Origin: Candidatus Latescibacterota bacterium
GTDB lineage: Bacteria; Latescibacterota; UBA2968; GCA-2709665
Assembly (NCBI GenBank): GCA_965248435.1
Contig: OZ252100.1
Span: 1,760,001 to 1,824,000, forward strand
Length of the DNA stretch: 64,000 nt
Direction of reading: 5' to 3'
Part shown: in pieces, positions 1 to 11,077 of the stretch
How positions within the stretch are numbered: the stretch's first letter is position 1
Layout of the letters: each line of letters begins with the position of its first letter
Program-made: the position numbers and the translations under genes
Notes under the pieces: generated by a model
Told to the model about the DNA's origin: nothing
The model's input: only the letters and a program-made list of their open reading frames with translations
The model's database searches: none

Positions 1-380
1 AAATTCAAATTGCACCAGCTTTTGAACCCATAAGAAGACTTTTTCGGCCCGGTTCAAGGGTTGAAACAGAAGGGGGCAGGCGAGGTCCGCGTGCAGGCCA
101 TCCTTTGACTGAGAACGATACGCCGATGGAAGTCAATCTAATTCGATACGATTCATCCTCAGTACACACCCAATAGTTCAGAACTCGCTTTTTCTACGAT
201 CCACTCTGCCATCCCACCTACGCCCTTGCAGACATGCATTTCTTCACTTTCATACTTCAATAGAAGTCAGCTTGTCGTTCCATTTCTACAGTTCTGTAAA
301 AGAGACATCTATTCTTGGGCAGGCCTCTAGCCCCTCGAAATCAGCACTTATTTGCCCAAGCGAGAATCGGTAAAACCGCG

Positions 381-2024
381 ATGTCGAAACCGATCACTGC
401 AAAGGAAAAACGCAACTTGAAGCAGATTGCATCCCCTCACATCTGCGAGGAGCCATCTTCGGTGCACCACTTCTTGCAACAGCGACCAACGCCTAGGACT
501 AAGCGCGCAACCATGTTGGCACTCGGGGGTATTCTTTGCGCTTTCATCTTCTATTCATCCGCCGTTCGAGATGGGCACGACTGGGGCGGCGATCATGCCC
601 AATACATTCTCCACGCCCAGACCCTGCTGCAGGGTGCCAACTATGCTCCTCCCCCCGGATTCGTTTACAACCCATATCTTATGTGGGCACCACTGTCCTA
701 CCCCCCCCTTTACCCGATCTTCATTGGCGGAGTCCTGGCCTTATTCGGCCTCAATTTCATAGCCCTCAAAATTCAAATAGTCATCCTCCTTTCCCTCGGA
801 CTCTATGCCTACTGGCGTTTTGCCCGCAACAACCTGCCGGTAAATGTCGCCCTGGGGGCACTGGCCTTTTTGATCTTTTCTCCCTATCTCCTGAAGTTCT
901 CCAACAAGATACTGTCGGATATTCCCTATCTTTCACTTTCGCTATATGCCATCCTGGCAGGCGAGCGTTTCTTCAAGCCTAAATCTTCTGTCTGGGATGC
1001 TCTTGTATTCTCATTCCTTCTGATATCCGCAATCTGTATGCGGAACGTCGGTTTCTCCCTAATCCTTGCTGTCCCTCTTTATGCCCTCTTCTTCAGACGG
1101 GGTCACCTGATCCGTGCTCTGATCATATCAGGAATAACATTTGCAGCCGTTTCAATCATCTCCTGGAAAATGCTGGAATTTTTCCTCGACCAGTCCAGCC
1201 CGAGTCCCACCCGAATCCTCCTTTGGTTCGCGGGAAACTTATGGCACCACTTTCCGTATCAACTCTCGCGCTGGCTCGCCCTCTATCCCCGTACGGGCTC
1301 AACAACTGCACTCATCTTCAATACGCCCGTCTTGGTATTGTATCTCGGTCTTTGCGTGGTGGGAGTAGTGCACGTGATCAGGGCGCGTGGTGTCAAATAC
1401 TGGGATGTCTACGCCGCAGTTTATGCGGCAACGATTCTTTCCTACGCGTGGGTCGTAAGTCGCTATCTGATTCCTCTGGTACCCCTACTGAGTATCTATG
1501 CCTTTAGCGGACTACGCGTTGTTGCCTTGTTGATCCGGAAGGCAATTCGGTTACCTTTTCGGAAGTCTTATCTGCTTAAAACCATTTATCGTTATCGATT
1601 TCTGTTTCCAGCGCTCCTCTATATCCCTCTCTTCTCCGTCTACTGGACTCACTACGCCCTCCAACCAGCCACACAGGGGGCCAATGTTCTGAAAGATCCC
1701 ACCGTCCGGGACCTCTTTGAAGCTGTTCAGAACCTCGATATTTCAGGAGCCGTTTTCGATCGCCCCAGAGTTCTGACCTTATTTACGAAAGTCCCGGGGA
1801 CCCTCTGCCACAACAAGCGCGGATACTACTGGCATCAAAAGGTTACGTGGGATCTCGCTATGCTGCTAGACCTTGCATCGCAGGGCAATATTTCTCACAT
1901 CATCCTCGACCGTGCGAAATCGGCCACTTGGATAGCCATATCTCCAATCGTTTCTCAACACCCTCAACACTTTAGGCTTTCCTACAGCAACATGGGTTAC
2001 GACATCTATCAAATCCTTCGATAA
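381..2024 (+). CDS. GT-C fold (ArnT/GT39-like) membrane glycosyltransferase
   Basis: Polytopic membrane protein with an acidic first loop 'HDWGGDHAQY', then 'YPPLYP', 'SDIPY' and 'RYLIPLVP'. ATG at 381 preferred over the TTG at 315. Confidence 0.7.
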   Translation: MSKPITAKEKRNLKQIASPHICEEPSSVHHFLQQRPTPRTKRATMLALGGILCAFIFYSSAVRDGHDWGGDHAQYILHAQTLLQGANYAPPPGFVYNPYLMWAPLSYPPLYPIFIGGVLALFGLNFIALKIQIVILLSLGLYAYWRFARNNLPVNVALGALAFLIFSPYLLKFSNKILSDIPYLSLSLYAILAGERFFKPKSSVWDALVFSFLLISAICMRNVGFSLILAVPLYALFFRRGHLIRALIISGITFAAVSIISWKMLEFFLDQSSPSPTRILLWFAGNLWHHFPYQLSRWLALYPRTGSTTALIFNTPVLVLYLGLCVVGVVHVIRARGVKYWDVYAAVYAATILSYAWVVSRYLIPLVPLLSIYAFSGLRVVALLIRKAIRLPFRKSYLLKTIYRYRFLFPALLYIPLFSVYWTHYALQPATQGANVLKDPTVRDLFEAVQNLDISGAVFDRPRVLTLFTKVPGTLCHNKRGYYWHQKVTWDLAMLLDLASQGNISHIILDRAKSATWIAISPIVSQHPQHFRLSYSNMGYDIYQILR

Positions 2025-2075
2025 CAACAGAGATACCGTGAACCGTATGTCTACTTTAATCTTAAAGAATCTGCT

Positions 2076-4025
2076 ATGTGTGGCATCTGCGGCATCCTGA
2101 ATAACGATCCTGCCGAGCCCGTCTCGGAAGACCTCCTCAAGGCTATGTGCAATGTAATCCGCCATCGGGGGCCGGACGATGAAGGCGCCCATATCGACGG
2201 GAACGTCGGTATTGGCGTTCGTCGCCTCAGCGTCATCGACGTCGCGGGAGGCAGGCAGCCCCAAAGGAATGAAGACGGAAGGTGTCACATCGTCTTTAAC
2301 GGCGAAATCTACAACTACGCCGAACTCAGGAGAACGTGCCAGGCGAAAGGGCATCGATTCTCCTCTCGGAGTGACACCGAAACGATTCTTCATCTGTACG
2401 AAGATTTAGGATTGGATTGCACGCTTCCTCTCAACGGCATGTTCGCCTTTGCGATTTACGATAGTCGCAATCAGAGCCTGATGCTTGCAAGAGACCGGCT
2501 TGGAATCAAACCCCTCTACTACGCAGACACCGGCTCCCATTTCGTCTTCGGATCCGAAATCAAGTCGCTTCTGGCTCACCCCCAAGTCTCCAGAGAAATT
2601 GATCCGATCGCACTCGATCAATACTTGGCCTACAAGTATATCCCAGGTCCCCGAACAATCTTCAAATCCGTCAGGCAACTCCCTCCAGGTCACATCCTAA
2701 TTTGGCGGAACGGCCACATCCAAATTCGACCGTACTGGAAGCTTTCATTCGCAAGCAGAGCGAAGGTGACCGAGCGGGAGGCAGCCGAGGAATTGACTGA
2801 ACGCGTGGAACGGGCCGTAAAGATGCAGATGGTCTCCGACGTTCCACTCGGTGTGCTTTTGAGCGGCGGCATCGACTCGAGCCTTATCGCCGCGACGATG
2901 AGCCGTCTGTCGAGCAGCCCGGTTAAAACCTTCGCCATCGGCTTCGAAGAACGGTCCTACAACGAACTCGACGCCGCACGCCAGGTTGCCGACCGGCTCG
3001 GCACAGAACATCACGAACTGGTCGTCCGCCCGAACGTTCACGATCTCTTTGAACAGGTCGTGGGTCACTTCGACGAACCCTTCGGAGATTCTTCAGCCAT
3101 CTTGACATACCTTGTCTCTCGGCTCGCCCGAGAGCGCGTAACCGTCGCCCTCTCAGGGACGGGTGCCGACGAACTCTTCGCCGGTTATGAGCGCTATTGG
3201 GCCACTCCCCTGGCTTCAGCCTATCATAAATTTCCTCGTGGCTTCAGGGAAGCCTTTGAGTGGGGCTTGCGCCGTCTTCCGGATGGTCACAGCAAAAGGG
3301 GTTGGGCGATGCGGGCTTCCCGATTTACGCAATCCGCTTCGGCACATCCCCTCTGTCGTCATCAGAGCCTCATCCGCCTCTTCTCACAGGCTGGCCGTAA
3401 GGCGCTCTACGCACCTGAATGTCTGCACAATCTCCTTCAGGAAGGAGCAGATCCCCTTGACAAACGGTTTGCCGCTTCCGATGCCACCTCAGACCTGAAC
3501 AGACTTCTCGATCTTGATACGGGAACCCTCCTCGCGGACGATTACCTGGTCAAGGACGACAGGATGAGTATGGCTGCATCCCTCGAACTTCGGGTGCCTT
3601 TCCTCGACCATACTCTGGTAGAGTTTGCGGCTTCCCTCCCGCCGAACTTCAAGCTCCGTGGGCTCACGACGAAGTATATCCTGAGAAAGGCAAGTCGAAA
3701 TCTTCTCCCACGTGATGTACTAAGGCGCCCTAAACGGGGATTTGAAATCCCTCTCGCCCACTGGATCGGCGGCGAACTCAGAAATTATACGCAGGACCTG
3801 CTCCTCTCTCCCCAAGCGAAAAGTCGGGGCTACTTCAATCCCAGAGCCGTTGAAGGGCTCATCGAGTCCCACACCTCAGGCCGAAAGAACCACAGTCGAC
3901 AAATCTGGGCACTCATGGTCCTGGAAATGTGGCACCGTGGTCATACAGATGTCCTATCCCTTCCTCAACGTAGTTTACACGATGAACAAACATCTCTAAG
4001 GCGTCGACCCTTTGATGGAGCGTGA
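2076..4025 (+). CDS. asnB: Asparagine synthase (glutamine-hydrolysing)-family amidotransferase
   Basis: N-terminal MCGICG, HRGPD, NGEIYN, RDRLGIKPLYY, LSGGIDSS, ELRVPFLD. In a glycan cluster it most likely amidates a glycan. Confidence 0.93.
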   Translation: MCGICGILNNDPAEPVSEDLLKAMCNVIRHRGPDDEGAHIDGNVGIGVRRLSVIDVAGGRQPQRNEDGRCHIVFNGEIYNYAELRRTCQAKGHRFSSRSDTETILHLYEDLGLDCTLPLNGMFAFAIYDSRNQSLMLARDRLGIKPLYYADTGSHFVFGSEIKSLLAHPQVSREIDPIALDQYLAYKYIPGPRTIFKSVRQLPPGHILIWRNGHIQIRPYWKLSFASRAKVTEREAAEELTERVERAVKMQMVSDVPLGVLLSGGIDSSLIAATMSRLSSSPVKTFAIGFEERSYNELDAARQVADRLGTEHHELVVRPNVHDLFEQVVGHFDEPFGDSSAILTYLVSRLARERVTVALSGTGADELFAGYERYWATPLASAYHKFPRGFREAFEWGLRRLPDGHSKRGWAMRASRFTQSASAHPLCRHQSLIRLFSQAGRKALYAPECLHNLLQEGADPLDKRFAASDATSDLNRLLDLDTGTLLADDYLVKDDRMSMAASLELRVPFLDHTLVEFAASLPPNFKLRGLTTKYILRKASRNLLPRDVLRRPKRGFEIPLAHWIGGELRNYTQDLLLSPQAKSRGYFNPRAVEGLIESHTSGRKNHSRQIWALMVLEMWHRGHTDVLSLPQRSLHDEQTSLRRRPFDGA

Positions 4026-4848
4026 ATTGGCTCTTTTGTCCGATCCGACATCAAATACTCTGTCGCAAGGACCAGCACAGTTCTGGGACCAGGAATGGGC
4101 AGACAAATGGCAGGACATGAAGGCGTTCAGCCCGGTTGCTCGACACACTCGCAGGCTGATTCGTAATCTCTTGGGCAGGCTGGCTTATCGATCTCTGGTG
4201 GATATTGGCTGTGGAATCGGGGTCCTCCTTCGTGAACTGAATGCTGACAGGGACTGTGTCGATCTTTGCGGGATAGACTTTTCTGAGGTGGCGATCTCTC
4301 TTGCGGGGCGGCTGACGCCAGCACGGTTCCATTGTGTGGATATCCAGCGGGAGTCTGCTCCGGAAACCTTCGACGTGGGCGTCTGCTCGGAAGTCCTGGA
4401 GCACCTGGAAGACGACGTGTCAGCCCTTCGGAACATCCGAAAAATGTGCCGCTTGCTGGTCGTAACCGTCCCGTCAGGTCCGCTCGGTGCATCGTCGCGC
4501 GCAATCGGACACGTTCGCCACTATACAAAGGATGATCTGGAGAGAAAATTGACGAGTTCGGGTTTTCGGCTTCGTTACTTGAGGGCCTGGGGTACGCCCT
4601 TCCACGATCCCCTTTACGCGTGGATACGAAGTCGGACCTCACAGGGTGTAACAATGGGCACCTACGGCCTGTTTCGTCGGTGCGTCTCCCAGGCACTCTA
4701 CCTGCTCTTCTTCCTGAATCTCTTCGACCGGGGGCATAAGCTCGTCGCGCTGGCCGAGCGCACCCAGGATGCTGGGCCGGGGGATCTGGTCCCCACGCCG
4801 AGCAATGCTGTTTCATCTCAAAACACGCCTACCCGACCCCATTCTTGA
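4012..4848 (+). CDS. Class I SAM-dependent methyltransferase
   Basis: VDIGCGIG motif I, 'FDVGVCSEVLEHLEDD', 'GHVRHYT'. Overlaps the asnB stop. Confidence 0.85.
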   Translation: MMERELALLSDPTSNTLSQGPAQFWDQEWADKWQDMKAFSPVARHTRRLIRNLLGRLAYRSLVDIGCGIGVLLRELNADRDCVDLCGIDFSEVAISLAGRLTPARFHCVDIQRESAPETFDVGVCSEVLEHLEDDVSALRNIRKMCRLLVVTVPSGPLGASSRAIGHVRHYTKDDLERKLTSSGFRLRYLRAWGTPFHDPLYAWIRSRTSQGVTMGTYGLFRRCVSQALYLLFFLNLFDRGHKLVALAERTQDAGPGDLVPTPSNAVSSQNTPTRPHS

Positions 4849-5168
4849 AGCCTCTGCTAGACCCTCAGCCCTTTCGTCCAAAACAATTCCTATCTCATTT
4901 ATATTCAGGTATTTAATCCAAAAACAGAACTCAACCGACACCCATTCCTGCCGATAGTAATCATGGGGATTGGGCTCCGGATTTATCTGGTACAACACTT
5001 GCTCCCTTCTCTGCGTTGAAGGTCCTCTACCCACCATCCCATCTTCACGCCCCAACGACGAATTAAGCCATCCCAATAAATTTCAAATACTTATAGATAC
5101 TTATTCGGGGTATCTCCTTTGGCTCGGAACACCCATATAGGAAAAATATTCCTTCCTGTCTCCTTTAT

Positions 5169-6974
5169 ATGCCGGATGCGAGTCCGCCCGCTGCACGCAA
5201 AGGAAAACCCGTGATTATCCTCGGAATCGGTTTACAGCACGACGCTGGCGCGGCCCTAATCGCAAACGGCCAGGTCTTGGCCGCGGTCAACGAAGAGCGC
5301 TTGAATCGGAGGAAGCTCTACTGGGGCTGGCCGAAGCTTGCTGTCCAGGAGGTCCTGCGAATCGCAGGCTTCCGCGCCGAAGATGTCGAACTCGTTGCAG
5401 TCGCGAACACGACCCACAGCACATACGCTCCCGAATGGGAAAACCTCTATCCGAGAGATTTCAAGCGGCGCGCACTGATTCGCCTTTCGAGACTGGGCCT
5501 CGCCGGCGTCGTTGGAGGCTCGCAACTAGGCATCTCAGGCTACCGACTGCTCAACAGCAAACGTCTGCGCTATCTTGAAACTCGGCAATTCGAAGAATTC
5601 ATCCGAAAGGCAGGAATCCGAGCAAAGATCGTATATGTCGATCACCACCAAGCGCACCTCTCATCCGCCTACTTCACTTCTGGATGGGACACTTGCCTCG
5701 GCATTTCCCTGGACGGCGTAGGCGACGGTTACTGCTCCCGGATTGCGGTCTGCCGCGGGGGAAGGCTCTACCCGATCCACAAGATCCCTTTCTATCACAC
5801 TCCCGGGCAGTATTACGGCTTTGTGACTGCGTGGGCAGGATTCACGCCTGGAAGGCACGAGGGAAAGATCACCGGACTCGCGGCGCACGGAGATCCTGAC
5901 TCAGCCATCTCTATCTTCCGAGATAGGATCAGCTACGCCGAAGACAGACTCTCCTTCGTAAATCACGGCATGTGGGGCTGGGCCGAGTACGAACACCTTT
6001 CTCGTCTCTTGGAACCATTCGGAAAGGCGGATGTCGCTGCATCCGTGCAGGAGCACCTCGAAGACCTCGTAACGCGATACGTCCGTCAGGCCGTGGAAAA
6101 GACAGGACTGAGGAGAATTGCCCTGTCGGGCGGGATATTCGCGAACGTGAAACTCAATCAGAGAATACGAGAGCTGGAAGGCGTCGAAGATGTGTACATA
6201 CACCCGGGAATGGGAGATGGGGGTCTGGGCGTCGGAAGTGCCCTCGCCGCACAGGCAGATCGCTCTCCCATTTCGCCACAACGCGTCCCTAACGTTTACC
6301 TCGGCACAGATCTACCGTGCAATCAGATCGAAAGAGAACTGAGAGCCTGTCGCCTCCAATATTCCAGGTCTAATAACATTGAGCTGGAGATCGCGAAGCT
6401 GTTGGCAGAGGGTTACGTTGTAGCCCGTGCTAATGGACGGATGGAATATGGTCCGCGTGCACTTGGCAACCGCTCTATTCTCTACCAGGCCACAGATGCG
6501 ACCGTAAATGAATGGCTCAACAAACGTCTAAAACGCACCGAGTTCATGCCGTTTGCTCCTGCAGTCCTTCACGAACGCGTAGGAGACTACTACCAAGGTT
6601 ATCCTTCATCCGAGTATGCTGCCGAGTTCATGACAATGACCTACAACGTTACGGATCGGTGTATGAAAGAAGCTCCAGCGATTGTGCACGTCGATGGCAC
6701 CGCTCGGCCGCAAGTCGTCTCCGAAAGAACAAATCGATCTTTCTACAAAGTGTTAAAGGAATACGAGCGAATTACTGGCCTGCCTCAAATCATCAACACG
6801 AGCTTCAACATGCACGAAGAGCCGATCGTCTGCACGCCCTCAGATGCGATCCGTGCTTTTCGGCTCGGCCACCTCGACTTTCTGGCCCTGGGGCCATACC
6901 TGGCCCGAAATCCGAACCTCCAGAACGAGGCTCACCAGTTTCATAAATCGGAAGTTCTCAGCGGGCAGCCATGA
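5169..6974 (+). CDS. Carbamoyltransferase (NodU/CmcH family), copy 1
   Basis: HDAGAAL, EERLNRRK, DHHQAH, DGVGD, HEGKITGLAAHG, EYGPRALGNRSIL, FMPFAP, HVDGTARPQ, NTSFNMHEEPIV. Confidence 0.93.
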   Translation: MPDASPPAARKGKPVIILGIGLQHDAGAALIANGQVLAAVNEERLNRRKLYWGWPKLAVQEVLRIAGFRAEDVELVAVANTTHSTYAPEWENLYPRDFKRRALIRLSRLGLAGVVGGSQLGISGYRLLNSKRLRYLETRQFEEFIRKAGIRAKIVYVDHHQAHLSSAYFTSGWDTCLGISLDGVGDGYCSRIAVCRGGRLYPIHKIPFYHTPGQYYGFVTAWAGFTPGRHEGKITGLAAHGDPDSAISIFRDRISYAEDRLSFVNHGMWGWAEYEHLSRLLEPFGKADVAASVQEHLEDLVTRYVRQAVEKTGLRRIALSGGIFANVKLNQRIRELEGVEDVYIHPGMGDGGLGVGSALAAQADRSPISPQRVPNVYLGTDLPCNQIERELRACRLQYSRSNNIELEIAKLLAEGYVVARANGRMEYGPRALGNRSILYQATDATVNEWLNKRLKRTEFMPFAPAVLHERVGDYYQGYPSSEYAAEFMTMTYNVTDRCMKEAPAIVHVDGTARPQVVSERTNRSFYKVLKEYERITGLPQIINTSFNMHEEPIVCTPSDAIRAFRLGHLDFLALGPYLARNPNLQNEAHQFHKSEVLSGQP

Positions 6975-7765
6975 CCAGTCTACGAGAACAGGGGAGCTAC
7001 GCCAAACAGCAAGCGTCTGCCGACTTCTACGGGAAATATTTCTGGAAGGAATATCAGATCCGAGAGGACACTTTCCTCGAATTTCTGATTTCCGAAATTG
7101 GGAAGGAACGTCTGGAAAGCGCACGGACACTCCTAGATATCGGAGCGGGTTCAGGTAGGTTCTCCATATTCCTCAAACTCAGATTTCCTCACCTTCAGGT
7201 GACATCAGTCGACTTGTCACCAGATAATGTGGCCACGATCCAGGCCAATTCAGAGGAAAGCGGTGTAGATCTTACAACTCAAACCGCCTCTGCCCTGGAT
7301 CTCCCCTTTCCCGATGATCATTTCGACCTCGTCATCTGCCTCTACATGCTTCAGCACACCGAAGATCCGGAGCAGGGCTTCGAAGAATCTGCCCGAGTCC
7401 TCAAGCCAGGAGGATCGGCCTTCTACAGTATTGGTAGAAACAATCGACTTGGCTCAATGCATCGGAGATCGCGATGGCTATTTACTCGTGTGCCCACGTT
7501 TCTCCGGAAGCCGTTCGTCGCACCTGCTTTCCCGCTCTATTGGGGTCTCATCCACCTTCTCAATCCTCAGAAGGCGTCACGGGGCGAACTCATGAAAGAC
7601 CTGATTGACTGGGTTTACAACCCCTTGCAGCACTTCGTCGATGAGCGTGAGATGCGCAGCTGGTTTGATCGCAACGGACTAACCTTTGAGCACCGCGGAT
7701 ATACAGGACTCTTCAAGAGCATGTGTCTGTGCAGGGGTACGAAAGGTCAGGGGGGACAGGCGTGA
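6971..7765 (+). CDS. Class I SAM-dependent methyltransferase
   Basis: LDIGAGSG, 'LPFPDDHFDLV', 'RVLKPGG'. ATGA overlap with the upstream gene. Confidence 0.88.
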   Translation: MTSLREQGSYAKQQASADFYGKYFWKEYQIREDTFLEFLISEIGKERLESARTLLDIGAGSGRFSIFLKLRFPHLQVTSVDLSPDNVATIQANSEESGVDLTTQTASALDLPFPDDHFDLVICLYMLQHTEDPEQGFEESARVLKPGGSAFYSIGRNNRLGSMHRRSRWLFTRVPTFLRKPFVAPAFPLYWGLIHLLNPQKASRGELMKDLIDWVYNPLQHFVDEREMRSWFDRNGLTFEHRGYTGLFKSMCLCRGTKGQGGQA

Positions 7766-8766
7766 ACCGTAAGCTCGTCCACAATCTCGCAAAGATCGTC
7801 ATCACTTTCTCTCTTCTAATCTGGTTATTCTGGGAAATTGACCTTCGCGAAATGGTCGAACTGGGCAGGCTGTTTGATGTCCCGACCCTCATCTGGATCT
7901 TCGCGCTCTGTGTGATCGGGATCCTGCTAAACACGTGGAAATGGGCAATACTCCTCACCACACGGGGCCTTTCGGTCCCGTTTCGTCAGCTGCTGCGGCT
8001 ATTCTGGATAGCTGCCTTCTTTAATAGCTTCCTGCCCGGTCGCACGGGAGGTGACCTCGTCAGAGCCTACGGCATCGCTCGCGGTGCCCCGAACCGTATG
8101 CGAGCCGCCCTCTCGGTGGCGATGGACCGAGGGCTGAACCTCGTTGCACTCATCGGGATAGCCGTCACCGCAATTCTCATCAACCCAGGTGCGTTGCCCG
8201 GACCATTCCAGACCAGCGTCCTGGGTTTCGCAATAACGTTGCTTGCTCTGGTATTCCTGACCTTTTTTTTGAGTCTGAAGTTCTCTCGTGGACACGTTGG
8301 TAGTCCCAAGGTCCGAAGCTGTCTAAAAGAAATCTCTTCAAGCGGTGCAGACCTGCTTCGGAACCCGATGGTCCTCCTCACGACCCTCATTCTCTCTGCC
8401 CTCTATCAGACGACCGCGATTTCCGTAAACTATTTGGTGGCTCGAGGCCTCGGGCTGGAGGTTGATCCCTGGCCCTTCTTCTACCTCGTTCCGATCGCCG
8501 CATTGATAACCATAGTCCCGATTTCATTGAACGGTTTCGGTCTGAGAGAGGGAGCATACGTGTTTCTGTTTTCACATGTCGGTCTACCCAACGAAGCGGC
8601 CATGGCCATTTCCATAGGAGCCACGATTTGCATGATCGGGGTCAGCTCGATCGGCGGAATCTTCTACCTGCTTGCTCCTACTCAGGCTGAAGTGCAAACT
8701 TCCAAGATATCCGACTCTGGGCCCTTTCGGTCTATCGGAATAACGGAAAGATCAAGCCATACTTAG
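7762..8766 (+). CDS. Lysylphosphatidylglycerol-synthase-TM / UPF0104 flippase-like membrane protein
   Basis: 'FFNSFLPGRTGGDLVR', 'DRGL', 'PISLNGFGLREG'. GTG start at 7762 overlaps the previous stop (GTGA). Confidence 0.85.
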   Translation: MNRKLVHNLAKIVITFSLLIWLFWEIDLREMVELGRLFDVPTLIWIFALCVIGILLNTWKWAILLTTRGLSVPFRQLLRLFWIAAFFNSFLPGRTGGDLVRAYGIARGAPNRMRAALSVAMDRGLNLVALIGIAVTAILINPGALPGPFQTSVLGFAITLLALVFLTFFLSLKFSRGHVGSPKVRSCLKEISSSGADLLRNPMVLLTTLILSALYQTTAISVNYLVARGLGLEVDPWPFFYLVPIAALITIVPISLNGFGLREGAYVFLFSHVGLPNEAAMAISIGATICMIGVSSIGGIFYLLAPTQAEVQTSKISDSGPFRSIGITERSSHT

Positions 8767-8776
8767 AGGAAGGCAG

Positions 8777-10135
8777 TTGACAAAGCATCCTTTAGAAAAA
8801 ACGACTCCAAATTCCATCAGTCCGGCCTCGGGCTGGACTCGGGCAAAGGCCTTCATCACGCCGGAAATTGCCCTCTTAATCGCGATCCTATTTGGCGCCC
8901 TGATCGTACGTCTGGCCTTTTCCGTTTACGAACCTCCCACACTGGCAGGGGATTCGGCCTACTATCATTCCATTGCTGAAAACCTTTTGAGGGGTCAGGG
9001 TTACTCTCGAAATGGAGTGGAACCGACCCGATTTCGCACACCCACCTACCCCGTTTTCTTGGCAACGGTCTACTTGTTGTTCGGACATAGCCTCAAGGCA
9101 GTGGTTTACGTCCAGGCATTTCTTGGAGCCCTGACGTGTCTCTTAACCTATTTCCTTGCCAATTACGTATTTGGAAGACGATCGGGACTGATTGCCGCTC
9201 TGATTGTGGCATCCTATCCGGCCCTCGTCTATTACGATAACCGCATTCTGAGGGAGAGTATTACGACACTGCTATTGATCGGCTCCGTTTTAATGGTGGT
9301 GGATCGGCCCCAGCTGCAAAGATCGACGTCTCGCCTCCTTGTGACGGGCGCACTGTTGGCATTGCTAACGCTATGCAGACCTGAAATGCTGTTCGTCTCG
9401 TGTGTCATCATCTATTTAGTGGCCCGCCCTTTTCGTCATCCACGATTCTTGAGGCAGATACTGTTGATCTTGCTTCCCATCTCTATGGTCTGGATCCCCT
9501 GGACGGTGCGAAACTATGTCACATTTGGGACCTTGTCGCCTGTTAGGACCTCGCTGGGTGGTGCCCTTTGGTTCGGCAGTCGATGGGCCGACATCGGCGG
9601 CGACGACCACACCCCCGAGGCCCGGCAAGCACTTCAGAAGGAGACGAGGGAAATTGCGGATGTCCCTGAAGCTTCCATCGAACGACGATTCCAGGAAGAA
9701 GCGTTTCTGGATATGCGAGAAAGGCCGGCCTGGTATCTACATATGATTTGGAGAAAACTCACCTTCTTTTGGAAAGATGCCAATGGCGTCAATAGAACAC
9801 TCCCGGCCATCCACCCTCTGCTTGCTCGTACTGTCAACGCCTACTACTACTCGCTGATCCTGCTGGCTTTGGTTGGGGCCATTGCCGGGAGGCGACGTTC
9901 TGATTGGGTAATGCCTCTCGTAGGAGTAATCTTCACATTCATGATGACTTATGTGCTTCTGCACGTCAGGAACCGCTATCGTGTGCCTGTATTGCCTTTC
10001 CTGTTCGTCTTTTCAGCAGGTGGTTTCTGGATCCTTTATGACAACCTCAAAGCTTTTTATCGAAAAACATTCAATGCAGTTGGATGTTCGGAACGATCCA
10101 CCCGTGAATCCCGTGCGACGCACGCACACACATAG
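8777..10135 (+). CDS. ArnT/GT39-like GT-C membrane glycosyltransferase
   Basis: 'GDSAYYHSIAENLLRGQG', 'RTPTYPVFLA', 'PWTVRNY', 'RYRVPVLP'; many TM segments. Confidence 0.78.
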   Translation: MTKHPLEKTTPNSISPASGWTRAKAFITPEIALLIAILFGALIVRLAFSVYEPPTLAGDSAYYHSIAENLLRGQGYSRNGVEPTRFRTPTYPVFLATVYLLFGHSLKAVVYVQAFLGALTCLLTYFLANYVFGRRSGLIAALIVASYPALVYYDNRILRESITTLLLIGSVLMVVDRPQLQRSTSRLLVTGALLALLTLCRPEMLFVSCVIIYLVARPFRHPRFLRQILLILLPISMVWIPWTVRNYVTFGTLSPVRTSLGGALWFGSRWADIGGDDHTPEARQALQKETREIADVPEASIERRFQEEAFLDMRERPAWYLHMIWRKLTFFWKDANGVNRTLPAIHPLLARTVNAYYYSLILLALVGAIAGRRRSDWVMPLVGVIFTFMMTYVLLHVRNRYRVPVLPFLFVFSAGGFWILYDNLKAFYRKTFNAVGCSERSTRESRATHAHT

Positions 10136-10156
10136 TAGATCATTGGAGAGCGTGAG

Positions 10157-11077
10157 ATGGACGCCTATTCTGTTGAGAACCCGGTCTTAGCCGCAGACCC
10201 TCCAGGCGATGTTCCGTCTTCTGTTAACAAAGAAGTCGGACTTGTCAGCATCGTCATCCCCGCCTATAACGAGGAGGATGGAATCGCCAAGACCGTAGAA
10301 GGTATAAAGCACGTGATGGGAAGAACGGCCACACCCCACGAAATCATCGTTGTAGATGACGGATCCGAGGACCGGACGCCCGACAAGGCACGTTTTTCAG
10401 GCATTCGATCGATCCGTCACGACTCCAACAGGGGTTACGGTGCTTCGCTAAAGACTGGAATCCAAGCAGCCAGGGGAGAATGGATCATCATCACGGATGC
10501 TGATGGGACCTATCCAAACGTTCGTATTCCGGACCTCCTTAGACACGCAGGTGAATACGATATGGTTGTTGGCGCCCGCCAGGGAGGTGTTCCGCTTTTC
10601 CGACGACCGGCGAAATGGGTACTGGCGAAACTGGCGAACTATCTGGCAGAGACTCGTATCCCAGACATAAACTCTGGCCTCCGCATATTCCGCAAAGACC
10701 TGGCCCTGCGTTTTGCCCGTATTCTGCCTTCTGGGTTCTCCTTTACGACCACAATCACCCTTGCATCACTGTGTCACGGATATCGGGTGAAATACATTCC
10801 TATCGACTATCACAAGCGTACGGGACGGTCCAAGATCAAGCCGGTTCGCGACACCTACAACTTCCTCATGCTCATCGTGCGAACCACGTTCTATTTTAAT
10901 CCCCTAAAGGTATTCATGCCCATCGGCTTCCTCCTTTTCGGCTTAGGCATCACCAAAATGGTACACGAAGTCTTGGCAGCAGGCGGCCTGGCGGAAACCT
11001 CCGTACTCCTGATCCTGGCCGCCTTTCAGACGGTAGCGCTGGGACTTCTGGCAGATATGATCGACAAGCGGCTATGA
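10157..11077 (+). CDS. GT2 glycosyltransferase, polyprenol-phosphate glycosyltransferase (DPM/GtrB-like)
   Basis: IVIPAYNEE, VDDGSED, NRGYG, DADGTY, DINSGLR; two C-terminal TM helices. Confidence 0.88.
   Translation: MDAYSVENPVLAADPPGDVPSSVNKEVGLVSIVIPAYNEEDGIAKTVEGIKHVMGRTATPHEIIVVDDGSEDRTPDKARFSGIRSIRHDSNRGYGASLKTGIQAARGEWIIITDADGTYPNVRIPDLLRHAGEYDMVVGARQGGVPLFRRPAKWVLAKLANYLAETRIPDINSGLRIFRKDLALRFARILPSGFSFTTTITLASLCHGYRVKYIPIDYHKRTGRSKIKPVRDTYNFLMLIVRTTFYFNPLKVFMPIGFLLFGLGITKMVHEVLAAGGLAETSVLLILAAFQTVALGLLADMIDKRL

Noticed and set aside
315-380. Longer N-termini in the ORF track (315, 7723, 16047, 22537, 24467, 36734, 40648, 58954)
   Set aside because: Downstream starts fit RBSs, stop/start overlaps, signal peptides or promoter positions better.
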